DNA from: Candidatus Latescibacterota bacterium
GTDB lineage: Bacteria > Latescibacterota > UBA2968
NCBI GenBank assembly: GCA_965204745.1
Contig: OZ242010.1
Coordinates: 4,288,001-4,352,000 of the forward strand
Direction: 5' to 3'
Length of the DNA: 64,000 bases
This document shows positions 48,781 through 59,416 of the stretch, one piece after another. Positions within the stretch are counted from its first letter, which is position 1, and the number at the start of each line of letters is the position of its first letter. The notes under the pieces were generated by a model. That model saw nothing but the letters and a program-made list of their open reading frames with translations, was not told the origin of the DNA and did no database searches. The position numbers and the translations under genes are program-made.

Positions 48781-49806
48781 ATGCCACGGGAACTGATCGC
48801 CCTGTCGTCGGAAGAGATGGCCTTGCGAGAATACGAGGTGGCAGAGGTTGGAGAAGGAGAGATGCGGGTGCAGAGTCTGTACGCCGCGGCCAAGCACGGA
48901 ACCGAGATGTCCGGGGTGAAGGGGTATAGCGGGAAACGGGGGCCGTATGACGCAGAGCTTCAAGTGTTCCCAGACGCGGGCAAAGGCACGGGGCGGGCGT
49001 CTCGCGTGGGCAATATGTTCGTGGGGGCCGTGACAGCAGTCGGTGCGGATGTGGAAGGATTCGCAGAAGGCGATGAGGTGTTGGGTTACGGCCCGTTTCG
49101 AGAAGTCCATGTGGTCTCGGCAACGCGATGCTGGAAGATGCCGCAAGGATTCGCTTGGCAGTCCGCAGTGTGTTTGGATCCAGCGGATTTTGCGATGGGC
49201 GCGGTCAGGGATGGACAGGTGCGGATCGGCGACGCGGTCGCCGTATTTGGCATGGGCGCGATTGGCTTGATGGTGGTGCAGATCGCCAAACTCTCCGGCG
49301 CGTATCCGATAATCGCGGTCGATCCCCTGCCAAACCGCCGCCGGGCGGCCCAAACCTGCGGCGCGGATCTGATCCTCGATCCGACAGCCTGTGACGCAGG
49401 CGTGAAAATCAAAAGGGCAACGGCAAATAGAGGAGTGGATGTGGCGATAGAATACAGCGGCAATGTGCATGCCCTGCAAGCCGCTGTGCGCGGGGTGGCG
49501 TTTGGCGGCAATGTGGTGGCTGGCGCCGCGCCTCCGCCTTATGGCATCGGGTTGGATTTCGGCGCAGAAGCGCATTTCAATCGTCCCAATCTCATTTTTT
49601 CACGAGCGTGTAGCGAGCCGAACCGGGAACACCCCCGATGGGACGAAAAGCGCATTTACGCCACCTGTTGGCGATTGCTCACAGAGGGAAAACTGACGGG
49701 CGCACCGATTGTGACGCCCATCGTGGCGTTTGAAGCCCTCGTAACCGAATATCCAAAAATCGCCAGCGACCCCGAGCAAAACATCAAATTAGGCGCGTTT
49801 TTTTAG
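48781..49806 (+). CDS. MDR/zinc-binding alcohol dehydrogenase family protein
   Basis: GroES-like N-terminus; VFGMGAIG Rossmann motif. Confidence 0.88.
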   Translation: MPRELIALSSEEMALREYEVAEVGEGEMRVQSLYAAAKHGTEMSGVKGYSGKRGPYDAELQVFPDAGKGTGRASRVGNMFVGAVTAVGADVEGFAEGDEVLGYGPFREVHVVSATRCWKMPQGFAWQSAVCLDPADFAMGAVRDGQVRIGDAVAVFGMGAIGLMVVQIAKLSGAYPIIAVDPLPNRRRAAQTCGADLILDPTACDAGVKIKRATANRGVDVAIEYSGNVHALQAAVRGVAFGGNVVAGAAPPPYGIGLDFGAEAHFNRPNLIFSRACSEPNREHPRWDEKRIYATCWRLLTEGKLTGAPIVTPIVAFEALVTEYPKIASDPEQNIKLGAFF

Positions 49807-49839
49807 CACTCCTATGCCGCGCCTTAAGGAGAAAGCGAG

Positions 49840-50940
49840 ATGTCGAGACTGAAGCATATCGAAATCAAGGGTTTCCGATCCATCAAAGAGATGGCACTAG
49901 AACTCCGACCACTCAACGTCTTGATCGGTGCTAACGGAGCAGGTAAGAGCAATCTCATTGCTTTTTTTAACTTGGTGAACGAATTGATGGGTGAACGGCT
50001 TCAGCAATATATTGGTGCGACGGGGCGGGCGACAGGCAATCTGTATTTTGGCCCCAAAATAACCCCTCAATTGGAAGCAAAAATGGCGTTTGAAGTCGAA
50101 AATGGAACGGACACCTACCAGATACTGCTGCGTCACGCTTCCGGTGATTCTCTGTTTTTCGCTGAAGAAATACTCTCTTATCAGACAATAGACTCTCCGA
50201 CACCAAAGGTCGTACCATTGGGGGGGGGTCATTGGGAAACGCGGATTAGAGCCACGGCAACAGGAGGCGAATCAGTGGCACAAGCGGTCTGGCATCTGCT
50301 GGGCTATTGCCGCGTCTATCACTTCCACGATACATCGCCGACTGCGAGAGTTCGGCAGTATTGTTACGTGGGTGACAACCGATGGCTTATGCCCGATGCG
50401 GCGAATCTGGCGGCGGTATTGTATGCGTTAAAGTCCAGCGAGGAAATAGCGTATCGCCGGATCGTGAGGACAATTCAACAGGTGGCACCGTTCTTTGAGG
50501 ATTTTGATCTCGAGCCGACCCATTCCAGAGACATCATTCTCAACTGGCGCCATCGCGAGTCCGACCTCATTTTTGGGCCCCATCAATTCTCAGACGGTAC
50601 CCTGTGGGCGATATGCCTGATTTCGCTGCTGTTGCTACCCGAAAAAAATCGTCTCAACCTGATTGTGGTGGATGAGCCGGAACTCGGATTACACCCCTAC
50701 GCGCTCCAAGTGATCGCTTCGCTGTTTCGCGCAGCAAGCCACCACACGCAGGTTCTCGTCAGCACGCAGTCCAGCGCGTTTCTCGATGCTTTTGAGATAG
50801 AGGATATCGTGATTGTCGAACGAAATAACGAGGCTACGGAGGTTCGCAGGCCGGATGCCGAAAAGCTCGACGCTTGGCTGGAAGACTATTCGGTCGGGGA
50901 AATTTGGGAAAAAAACATCATCGGTGGGGGGCCGCACTGA
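49840..50940 (+). CDS. ABC/AAA_21-type ATPase
   Basis: GANGAGKSN, FSDGT, DEPELGLHP, STQS. Confidence 0.92.
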   Translation: MSRLKHIEIKGFRSIKEMALELRPLNVLIGANGAGKSNLIAFFNLVNELMGERLQQYIGATGRATGNLYFGPKITPQLEAKMAFEVENGTDTYQILLRHASGDSLFFAEEILSYQTIDSPTPKVVPLGGGHWETRIRATATGGESVAQAVWHLLGYCRVYHFHDTSPTARVRQYCYVGDNRWLMPDAANLAAVLYALKSSEEIAYRRIVRTIQQVAPFFEDFDLEPTHSRDIILNWRHRESDLIFGPHQFSDGTLWAICLISLLLLPEKNRLNLIVVDEPELGLHPYALQVIASLFRAASHHTQVLVSTQSSAFLDAFEIEDIVIVERNNEATEVRRPDAEKLDAWLEDYSVGEIWEKNIIGGGPH

Positions 50941-52123
50941 TGGCTCGGCTCTATCTTTTTGCAGAAGGTTCAACGGAACAAACGTTTGCCAATACGGTCT
51001 TGAAACCGCATTTGGCAAATTTTGGAGTCTATATGCACAACCCGGTTTTGATTGCACACGCCCGAAAAAAGGGCAAAGTTCATCGCGGAGGTGGGAGAAA
51101 TTTCAGGGCGATGCAGAACGACATCAACCGCTTTCTCAATCAGGAGTCGGGGAATGACGTGTTTTTTACCACGATGATTGACCTTTACGCCCTCCATGCG
51201 AAATTCCCCGGCAGTGAAGAAGTTGAAAAACTGCGCCATGACCCGTATCAGCGCGTGGCTGCTCTCGAAAGGGTAAATAACTGTGCGGTAAAATCGTTGA
51301 CTATCGGATAGAATCGTTGACTATCGAAGAAGTTTGACAAAAATGAAACCTTTTGTCGGTTGTATCCGCCTAAGTCGTGTCAACAAAAGCAAGGCCATTT
51401 TTGTATTTGTTTGATTCCGCCGGTGGCAAAGCCTTGCTTTGTTGACAACCATCGGCGGTTTTTTTGGTGTTCTTGTTCTTTGACAAGTGAAGCGGGATAT
51501 GCGGTTGCTGGCGAAGGAACGCTTACGACGGCGATAACCAAGCGGTAAGCCTAAAATCTCCTGCCAGCGTAAAATCCACAGGAATAGATGGTTACAACCA
51601 ACTATCACTTGGGCGGCAAGCTCTGCCGAGCAAGTAAAAAACGGACGTGGAGGCGTTGTAAGACGGACAAGAGGCTGTAAGTGCTTGGACGCTGACCCGA
51701 TGAAGCGTCAACTTAATCGTATGCGATTGAGTCGATTTCATACGATTTGAGAGAGCGGCGTGGCTTAATGAGACCGGCGACTGCCGCTTCATCCCGTTTA
51801 TCCAGTTGCATGAATTTGAGGCTTATTTGTTTTGTGATGTATCCCAGTTCGCTTTCTTTTTTTCCAATGCAGATTCTCAAATCTCCGCTTTGCAGAGCAC
51901 CGAAAACATTCAGTACCCGGAACGCATTGACGACGGGCAACATACGGCGCCATCAAAGAGAATCATCGCCAAACTTCCCGAATATGAAGATTTGAAAACA
52001 ACAGTGGGACCACACGCGGCCGAACGGATTGGCTTGGAGAACATCCGATCCAAATGTCCCCACTTTAAGGCGTGGCTCGAGCGAATTGAGCGACTCGGAT
52101 CAGTCATGCCACAACGCTCCTGA
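50940..52123 (+). pseudogene. DUF4276 (TOPRIM-like) protein interrupted by a 485-bp insertion
   Basis: AEGSTE...TTMIDLY before the insert and IQLHEFEAYL...PSKRI...CPHF after it. Removing 51274-51758 restores a 699-bp ORF (LE-R-AWLNE). Confidence 0.9.
51274..51758 (+). mobile_element. Non-autonomous IS607-like element retaining a TnpB C-terminal tail / omegaRNA right end
   Basis: No TIR or TSD. GG shared at both junctions. Left-end direct repeats aatcgttgactatcg x2. Tail AASSAEQVKNGRGG..VR..PMKRQ. Terminal hairpin aatcgtatg..catacgatt and end gagagagcGG. Confidence 0.72.
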
Positions 52124-52204
52124 CAAAAGCGATAATACACCTAACGACAATGGTTGATCCCTAGACACATCCCTTAGTGTTTCCGATCTGCTTACACCAA
52201 GGGG

Positions 52205-53587
52205 ATGATAACGCAAAGGAATGGAAAGATGGCAAAACGACGCACGTCAAAACGAGAAGGCATCACGGCGATTTCCGTGCAGGACTTCAAGTCGCTTGAC
52301 CGAGAAAGTCGGATTGAGATTCGCCCGCTCACGATTTTGGCAGGAGCGAACAGTTCTGGCAAGTCGAGTATGATGCAACCCCTGTTGCTGATGAAGCAGA
52401 CGCTCGAAGCGAGTTATGATCCCGGCCCCCTTTTGCTGGATGGTCCAAATGCCAAATTTACGTCCGTTGACCAATTCATTTCGCATATTCAGAAAAACGC
52501 CCATCGTCAAGCATTTAGCGTCGAAATAGAACAGGCGAAAGATACGACGCTTAAAGTTGTGTTTTCTCTTATCGAGGAGCGCGTGCTTGAAATCACAGAT
52601 ATGGTCATAAAAGATAAAAAAGACGCACTTCCGATTCATTTGAGACCAAATCTAAGTTCAAAAAAGATAAAAAAGGCTTTCTCAACATGGTTTGCAAAAA
52701 AATTTGCAAAAAAAATAAAATGGCCTAAAGGATGGGAGTTTAAGGTTGTGAGAAATCGGTGTTTTCTCGAGGTCGTTATGGATATTGCATCAGTACCACG
52801 AGATGCAACCAATTTCTTTCGACTTCCTATATATGATCTACTCATACGTAGCATGCGTCATGCCACCGATAGATATGATCCACTCATACGTAGCATAATT
52901 CACGTCCCCGGATTGCGCGGCAATCCGGAGCGCGTTTACAAAACGACGGCGACAGGCCCTGATTTCCCCGGCACATTTGAAAATTATGTCGCGAGTGTTG
53001 TTGCACGCTGGCAAGCAGGAAATGACGCCCGTCTCAATCAGCTCGAGGAGATGCTTGTCGCCCTCGGCCTAACAGGGAAAATTGCCACAAAGGCTGTCGA
53101 TTACACACAAATTGAGTTGCAGGTTGGCAGACTTCCGCAACCAACATCGGCTGGCGATCTCGTGAATATCGCCGATGTTGGCTTTGGCGTGTCGCAAGTG
53201 TTGCCCGTGCTCGTCGCGCTTCTCATTGCCGGACCGGAGCAACTCGTGTATCTCGAGCAACCGGAACTGCATTTGCACCCGAAAGCGCAATATGCACTGG
53301 CGGAAATTTTGGCGGAAACAGCACGGCGCGGCGTAAGGTTGGTCGTGGAGACGCACAGCGCGTTGTTGTTGCTCATGGTGCAGACATTGGTGGCAGAGGG
53401 GAATCTCGATCCCGAGTTGGTGAAATTACATTGGTTTTCGCGTAGCGATGAGAACGGAATGACGTCAATTCAAAGTGCGGATTTGGATGAGAACGGCGCT
53501 TTTGGGGATTGGGCCGAGGATTTCGGCGATATCGAGTTGATGGCTGAAGGCGCGTATTTGGATGCCGTGGAAGGGCGGAGCAAATAA
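52205..53587 (+). CDS. ABC/AAA ATPase with DUF3696-like C-terminus
   Basis: GANSSGKSS, VGFGVSQVLP, EQPELHLHP, ETHS, DENG..GDW. Confidence 0.9.
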   Translation: MITQRNGKMAKRRTSKREGITAISVQDFKSLDRESRIEIRPLTILAGANSSGKSSMMQPLLLMKQTLEASYDPGPLLLDGPNAKFTSVDQFISHIQKNAHRQAFSVEIEQAKDTTLKVVFSLIEERVLEITDMVIKDKKDALPIHLRPNLSSKKIKKAFSTWFAKKFAKKIKWPKGWEFKVVRNRCFLEVVMDIASVPRDATNFFRLPIYDLLIRSMRHATDRYDPLIRSIIHVPGLRGNPERVYKTTATGPDFPGTFENYVASVVARWQAGNDARLNQLEEMLVALGLTGKIATKAVDYTQIELQVGRLPQPTSAGDLVNIADVGFGVSQVLPVLVALLIAGPEQLVYLEQPELHLHPKAQYALAEILAETARRGVRLVVETHSALLLLMVQTLVAEGNLDPELVKLHWFSRSDENGMTSIQSADLDENGAFGDWAEDFGDIELMAEGAYLDAVEGRSK

Positions 53588-54108
53588 TGGCAAAACGGCC
53601 TCGGCGATTGGTGATTGACGCAGATGTTGTACGGTCTGCCGGTGAATCGGAGAAACCGACTTCAAGTGCGTGTCGAAAGTTTTTGGAGGCGGTGTTGAAT
53701 GTGGGACATCGCGTTGTGATGACACAGGCGATACGAGAAGAATGGCATCGCCACATGTCCAAATATTCGCGCAAATGGCAAACGCGAATGTGGGGCCGCC
53801 GGCGCGTTGCTTCCATTGAGGGCGAACGCGATGAACAGTTGCGCGCAAGAATTGATGGGGTTGTAACGCGGGATCAAAAGGCGGTCGTTGCCAAAGATAT
53901 CCATCTCATTGAAGCGGCGGTTGCAACTGATCAACTGGTCACTTCACGGGATGAAAGCGCACGCAGGGCGTTTGGAGATGCGGCGGTTGCTGTGCGCGAA
54001 TTGCGACAAGTTGTGTGGGTCGATCCAACGCGAGATGACGAAAAGCCGATTGACTGGTTGCAAAATGGCGTGCAGGCCGAAGCGAGTCGGCGGTTAGGTG
54101 CTCGATAA
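53587..54108 (+). CDS. PIN-like domain protein
   Basis: LVIDADV...EEW...KDIHLIEAA..D..VTSRD acidic pattern; TAATG-coupled to the ATPase. Confidence 0.65.
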   Translation: MAKRPRRLVIDADVVRSAGESEKPTSSACRKFLEAVLNVGHRVVMTQAIREEWHRHMSKYSRKWQTRMWGRRRVASIEGERDEQLRARIDGVVTRDQKAVVAKDIHLIEAAVATDQLVTSRDESARRAFGDAAVAVRELRQVVWVDPTRDDEKPIDWLQNGVQAEASRRLGAR

Positions 54109-54133
54109 GGAGCAGATAGGGCAACGGAAAGTT

Positions 54134-56032
54134 TCATCTGTTCAACACCCGCACGTCGCCTTGTCGGATGGTGATGCCTTGGGTGTCGAAATAATTCAGC
54201 AGGGGCACGGCGAATTTGCGCGTGGTGGCGATCAAGTTGCGAAATGTCGAGACATCGATCTCGGCATTTTTTTTTAGGTAATCGACCAATTGTTGCGTCA
54301 CATCTTCTATCACCTTGGGATGGAACAACAGGGTATCGTCCAAGCGCACCACCTGTCCCATCGCCTGCATGGCCGAAACCACCGCTTGCACGGCCTTCGC
54401 GCTGGCATCGACCGCCTCGGGCAATCCCCTCAAATCCTCGGGCGTCGTGCCGCCTGCTCGCAACAGGCGTGCGATCTCATCGCGCAGGGCTTCTTGCGCT
54501 GCGGTCAATGCAATTTCGTAATCGCGCAAGGCAATCAGCGCGTGATCGCTTTTGAGCACGCCCGTGCGAATGAGATATTCAACCCCGTGTGCAAACAAAT
54601 CGCCAGTCGGAGCACCCGTCACCCCTGCGCGGAGCTCATCGCGCCGCGCGCCCGGCCTGAGCGGATGGGCCTCGTGAAAAACCCGCATCGCATCGCCGAT
54701 ACCATCCAGCAAATCCCGCCAGCAAGTCGCGTGGACATAGCGCGTGTTGCCCGCCTGCACGTAACTGATCGCATCGCCCGCTGCCACGCACGCCTCGAGT
54801 TGGCCTTCGATCTCGGTCGCGGACTGCGCCATCTCAGACGCGAGTTGCAATGCCGTGCGCGGTTGCAAGCGCGCGGCCCTCAAGCGCGTCAGCAAAACCC
54901 GCCTAGGATCGTCTTGCTCTAATTCTCGCAACATCTCGACGACATCCTGCCGAAACCGCCTGTGCTTCACCGGTTGCGGATCTAGCACCACGCCCCCGCC
55001 TAGGGTCTGCACTGGGGAGTACCGCCTGATCACAAACCGGTCGCCTCGGGCCGCAACGCCGGGTTCTTCCAAGCGCAGTTGCACGAGTTGGGAATCCCCC
55101 GGCAGCAAAACCTCGCCTTCGAGCAACACCACGCGGGCCAACACATCTCGCGGCCCCATGAGCAAATGCACGCGCGTGCGATTCGTCACCTCTACGGCCG
55201 CATCGGGCAAGAGGTGCAAGCGGGCGTCGATCATATACGTGGTCTCGAAATAGCCCGGCTGGACGAGCAGGTCCCCGCGGGCGACCTCATCCACGACAAC
55301 CCCGCTCAAATTGATGGCTGCCCGCGCGCCCACCCGCGCCACCTCCACGTCTCGCCCATGGATTTGCACCCCGCGCACGCGCACATTTTTGCCCGCGGGC
55401 AACAGGACCAGTTCGTCGCGCACCTGCACCGCCCCAGAAATCACCGTGCCCGTGACCACTGTGCCAAAGCCCTGCACGGAAAATGCGCGGTCTATGGGCA
55501 AGCGAAACACGCCTCGGTCCGCCCGCGCTTCAATCGTTGCGATCTCTTCCTCGATCAGCGCGCGCAAGGCGTCGATCCCCTCCCCGCTCGTTGACGACAC
55601 GCGCACGATGGGCGCGCCTTCCAAAAATGTGCCCGCAAACACCTCTTGCAATTCTTCCTCGACTAATTCCAACCAATCGCCTTCTACCAGATCGATCTTG
55701 GTCAGGGCCACAATGCCGCGGGGCACGCCGAGCAGATTCAAAATGCCCAGATGCTCGCGCGTTTGCGGCATCACGCCATCGTCCGCAGCCACCACAAACA
55801 GGGCGAGATCGACCGTACACACGCCCGTCACCATGTTTTTGACAAACCGCTCGTGCCCCGGCACGTCGATGATCGTCACATCGTCTTTCCAGTACGCAAA
55901 GCCAATATCAATCGTCACGCCGCGGTCCCGCTCTTCGGGCAGCGTATCTGTTTCAATGCCCGTCAGGGCCTTGACCAATGCGGTCTTGCCGTGATCGATA
56001 TGGCCGGCTGTTCCGACAATCACATGCGCCAT
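54134..56032 (-). CDS. selB: Selenocysteine-specific elongation factor
   Basis: GTAGHIDHGKT, DVPGHE, C-terminal winged helices (TRKFAVPLLNYFD). Confidence 0.97.
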   Translation of the reverse strand: MAHVIVGTAGHIDHGKTALVKALTGIETDTLPEERDRGVTIDIGFAYWKDDVTIIDVPGHERFVKNMVTGVCTVDLALFVVAADDGVMPQTREHLGILNLLGVPRGIVALTKIDLVEGDWLELVEEELQEVFAGTFLEGAPIVRVSSTSGEGIDALRALIEEEIATIEARADRGVFRLPIDRAFSVQGFGTVVTGTVISGAVQVRDELVLLPAGKNVRVRGVQIHGRDVEVARVGARAAINLSGVVVDEVARGDLLVQPGYFETTYMIDARLHLLPDAAVEVTNRTRVHLLMGPRDVLARVVLLEGEVLLPGDSQLVQLRLEEPGVAARGDRFVIRRYSPVQTLGGGVVLDPQPVKHRRFRQDVVEMLRELEQDDPRRVLLTRLRAARLQPRTALQLASEMAQSATEIEGQLEACVAAGDAISYVQAGNTRYVHATCWRDLLDGIGDAMRVFHEAHPLRPGARRDELRAGVTGAPTGDLFAHGVEYLIRTGVLKSDHALIALRDYEIALTAAQEALRDEIARLLRAGGTTPEDLRGLPEAVDASAKAVQAVVSAMQAMGQVVRLDDTLLFHPKVIEDVTQQLVDYLKKNAEIDVSTFRNLIATTRKFAVPLLNYFDTQGITIRQGDVRVLNR

Positions 56033-57444
56033 CGGCCTCGCGCTCCTTTTTGGATAGCATCGCCCACCATGTCCACCTCGTCATCGCTTAGGGTACGCAC
56101 GTCCAACACCAACCGATTGTCGCGCACATAGCCGACCACGGGCGGGTCATGGCGGCGCAACGCAACGGACAGCGTCAAAATATCGCCGCCCGAGATGGCG
56201 ACGGCAACGCTCGGGATATTCTCCGCAGGCAAGGCCCCGCTCCCGGTTTGTGCCTGGGATGCGACCGCCTCACACGCAAAGCCGTCGAGATCGCCGATAG
56301 CCCGCAACAACCGCCGCGCGCGTCGTTCCAGTGTCGTCACGGATTCCGTCAACATGCGCCAGGTGGGATGCGCCCGAACCAATGCCTCGGGATTGGAGAA
56401 CAACCTCAACGTGGGTTCTAGCGCGGCATACGTCAACTTGCCGCAGCGCAGGGCGCGCATCAGGGGATTTTCCCGAATTTGCTCGACAACCGCCCGCTTG
56501 CCCACCACAATCCCGCATTGCGGCCCGCCGAGAACTTTATCCCCGCTGAACATCACCACATCCACGCCCGCGGCAATGCTGTCGGAGACCAGCGGTTCGC
56601 AGGGCAACCCGTAATCGCGCAGATCGAGTAGCACCCCGCCGCCCAAATCGTGCGCCACGGGCACGCCGTATTGCCGTCCCAACGCCGCCAGTTCTGCGGG
56701 GGCGACTTCCGCGCGAAACCCCACCACCTTGTAATTGCTCGGATGCACCGCCAGCAACAAGCCCGTATTTTCCGTTATCGCCTCTTCGTAATCGCGCAAA
56801 TACGTGCGGTTGGTCGTTCCCACCTCGACGAGGCGCGCGCCGCTTCGCGCCATGATATCGGGAATGCGAAACGACCCGCCAATTTCGACCAGTTGCCCGC
56901 GCGAGACAATGGCCTCTTTGCCCTGCGACAAGGTGTTCAAGGTCAGCAAAACAGCCGCGGCATTGTTGTTGACAACCGCGGCGGCTTCCGCGCCGGTCAA
57001 TTCGCACAGCAGGTCTTCCACAAGCGCCGTACGCGACCCGCGTCGTCCAGAATCCAAGTCCAATTCCAAATTGCTGTAATACCCCGCGATATCGGCGATC
57101 TGTTTCACGGCAACTTCGGGCAACGGCGCGCGGCCCAAATTCGTGTGCAAAATGATCCCCGTCGCATTGATGACGCGCTTGAGATTCGGCGCGAGTCGCT
57201 CGGTCAATCGGGCCTGCACCTGCGCGACGATTTGTTCGATCAACTCGTCTCGAGACGCGCCCACAACGTCGCCTTCGCGCATCGCCTCCCGCACGCGGTC
57301 GATAGCCTGCCGAACAACAGCGGTCAAAACGGGTGTTCCGAAACGCGCAGACAATTTTTGAACCGCTCGGTCTTTGAGCACCCGATCCACGCTGGGAATG
57401 CGCGAATAATCCGGCGGTGCGCTTGTCAAGTGGTTATCGCTCAT
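56020..57444 (-). CDS. selA: L-seryl-tRNA(Sec) selenium transferase
   Basis: VINATGIILHTNLGRA, VNNNAAA, EIGGSFRIPD, FSGDKVLGGPQ. Confidence 0.97.
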   Translation of the reverse strand: MSDNHLTSAPPDYSRIPSVDRVLKDRAVQKLSARFGTPVLTAVVRQAIDRVREAMREGDVVGASRDELIEQIVAQVQARLTERLAPNLKRVINATGIILHTNLGRAPLPEVAVKQIADIAGYYSNLELDLDSGRRGSRTALVEDLLCELTGAEAAAVVNNNAAAVLLTLNTLSQGKEAIVSRGQLVEIGGSFRIPDIMARSGARLVEVGTTNRTYLRDYEEAITENTGLLLAVHPSNYKVVGFRAEVAPAELAALGRQYGVPVAHDLGGGVLLDLRDYGLPCEPLVSDSIAAGVDVVMFSGDKVLGGPQCGIVVGKRAVVEQIRENPLMRALRCGKLTYAALEPTLRLFSNPEALVRAHPTWRMLTESVTTLERRARRLLRAIGDLDGFACEAVASQAQTGSGALPAENIPSVAVAISGGDILTLSVALRRHDPPVVGYVRDNRLVLDVRTLSDDEVDMVGDAIQKGARGRWRM

Positions 57445-57642
57445 GGATTCAGTGGTCGGTGATTCGCACCTTTCGACCGAAAATGGAGGTTGATCGTCAA
57501 CGGATGAGTCATTATACTGCTCGCACGGCTTTTTTGGTAGCAAAAAGGATGCGGAATCGACGCGGGAAACGATTCCCCGCAAGGTGATATTTTTGGACGA
57601 TCAGAATGTCCCGTTCTGACGAGGTGCAAAGCGAGGTTCACA

Positions 57643-58959
57643 ATGTCTGATGCAAAAGCAGGTTGGGCGCAATTTGATTCAACGCCGGCCTTGGGCCTTC
57701 CCATGGGCGGGCGAGGGCCGCGGTTTTCGCCGGGCGCGGAGGTGCTCGATCCCCTGATCGCGCAAGCGGTTGTGATCGAAGATCAAAAAGGCTATCGCGC
57801 GGTTTGGATCTCGATAGACATGATCGGCATGACGTGGCACGCCACGAGTCGCTTGCGCTGTGAACTGGCCGCGATGACCGGGATTCCCTTTGAGGCTATC
57901 GTCGTCAATTTTTCGCATACGCACAGCGGCCCCATGTCTGGATTTGAGGGCTATGCGACGACCGAGCGCAAACCCGAAGCACTCGAGGCGTATGAAAACA
58001 GCCTGTTGTATCGCACGGTGAAAATGGTGCGCCTAGCTATCGAGAACATGCGCCCGGTTGCGGTTCGCGTGCATCGCGGCACATCTGATATTGGGATCAA
58101 CAGGCGGAGGCGAAATGCCGATGGCAGGATGGGGATGAGGCCGAATCCGGAGGGCTATATCAACCGCGATCTTTGGGTCATGCACCTCGCCGCAGAAGAC
58201 GGCCGTTGCGTGCTTTTTAATTACGGATGCCATCCGGTAATGGTGTACAGCTTTGCCTGGGATGGCATATCAGCGGATTTTCCGGGGGTCTGCCGCAATC
58301 GCTTGGTCGAAACCCTCGGCCCGAACACGCACGCGCAATTCATTCAGGGACTCGCCGGCAATATTCGACCGCGCCGCTTGGCGGATGCAGACGCCTTTCG
58401 CAAAGCCACGCCGCGGGATGTCGCGGCAACCGGCGCGCAACTCGCGGACGATGTCCTCGCGGCGATGTCCGCAGGCGGTGAAGAACTGGCGTTGGATTTC
58501 AACTGCGTATCGGGATTCGCACTGGCCCCGCGCGATGAGGACGCGATTTTGCCACTCGCCCATTGGAAGGCCCTGGCCGAGCGCGAGGCAGAACTCGAAC
58601 GCAATCTCGGCGCGTACTGGGTCGAGCGTCTGACCTCGGGCATCCTCCCCGCGCGCTTTTTGCCCTGGGCCATTGGGCTGATTCGGCTGACCGAGAACCA
58701 CACTATCGCGTGGCTCGGCAACGAGGTCGTCGCCGAATGGTTGCCCCTGCTCAGAACCTATCTCAATGACGCGAATCTCATCGCTTGGGGATATTGCCAG
58801 GATGGGCGCAATTACATGCCCACAGACGCGCTCATTCCCGAAGGCGGGTACGAAGTGGATCGGGCAAACCACTACACCAAAGCGGGCCCTGGCCCCTTTC
58901 GGATTGGCATAAACGCAGTGGCAAAAAAGACATTTCTCGAACTCGCCCAACGGCTGTAA
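57643..58959 (+). CDS. Neutral/alkaline ceramidase-like hydrolase
   Basis: DPLIAQA, SHTHSGP, NRRR, YGCHP, SADFPG, EGGYE. Confidence 0.8.
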   Translation: MSDAKAGWAQFDSTPALGLPMGGRGPRFSPGAEVLDPLIAQAVVIEDQKGYRAVWISIDMIGMTWHATSRLRCELAAMTGIPFEAIVVNFSHTHSGPMSGFEGYATTERKPEALEAYENSLLYRTVKMVRLAIENMRPVAVRVHRGTSDIGINRRRRNADGRMGMRPNPEGYINRDLWVMHLAAEDGRCVLFNYGCHPVMVYSFAWDGISADFPGVCRNRLVETLGPNTHAQFIQGLAGNIRPRRLADADAFRKATPRDVAATGAQLADDVLAAMSAGGEELALDFNCVSGFALAPRDEDAILPLAHWKALAEREAELERNLGAYWVERLTSGILPARFLPWAIGLIRLTENHTIAWLGNEVVAEWLPLLRTYLNDANLIAWGYCQDGRNYMPTDALIPEGGYEVDRANHYTKAGPGPFRIGINAVAKKTFLELAQRL

Positions 58960-59416
58960 TGAAACAGTCGCTCCTTCAGCTTTCTCGCTTTTGCTACCAC
59001 GCTCATCGCATTCACTGACGTTCCGCAGTTCAAAGAAGGCATCACAATAAGTGCCCTCGCAAAACACCCTCCGAGCAAGCCATCACGCACAGCGCGCAAG
59101 TCCATTGGCAACCCACATCCATCTTGCAACCCACTTTGCAGGCTGTCTCATGTCGTGCGATTACAAAAGCGATTTGCGCTGTGCAAGCCTCTCGGCGTTT
59201 GAGAGCGGCATTTTTGAACTGCTGGGGCAGTTGTACCCCGCTCGCTTACTTTTTTTTGCTGTTGAAAAAAGTAGGTCGCCGAAGGCATCGAAGGCAACCA
59301 ACGAGGCTGTAGGACCAAACGCCTTAAATGAGCAAGAAGCAACACAGTTGCTACTCTGTGCGTAACGTCAAAAAATAAAATGTCAACACGACCTAAAATT
59401 CGCCTGATTTCAGAGA

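Noticed and set aside
51274-51758. Group I/II intron or IStron
   Set aside because: No GUGYG start or AY end, no U at the 5' splice position, and no recognisable group I core by eye. A covariance-model search would be needed to exclude it fully.
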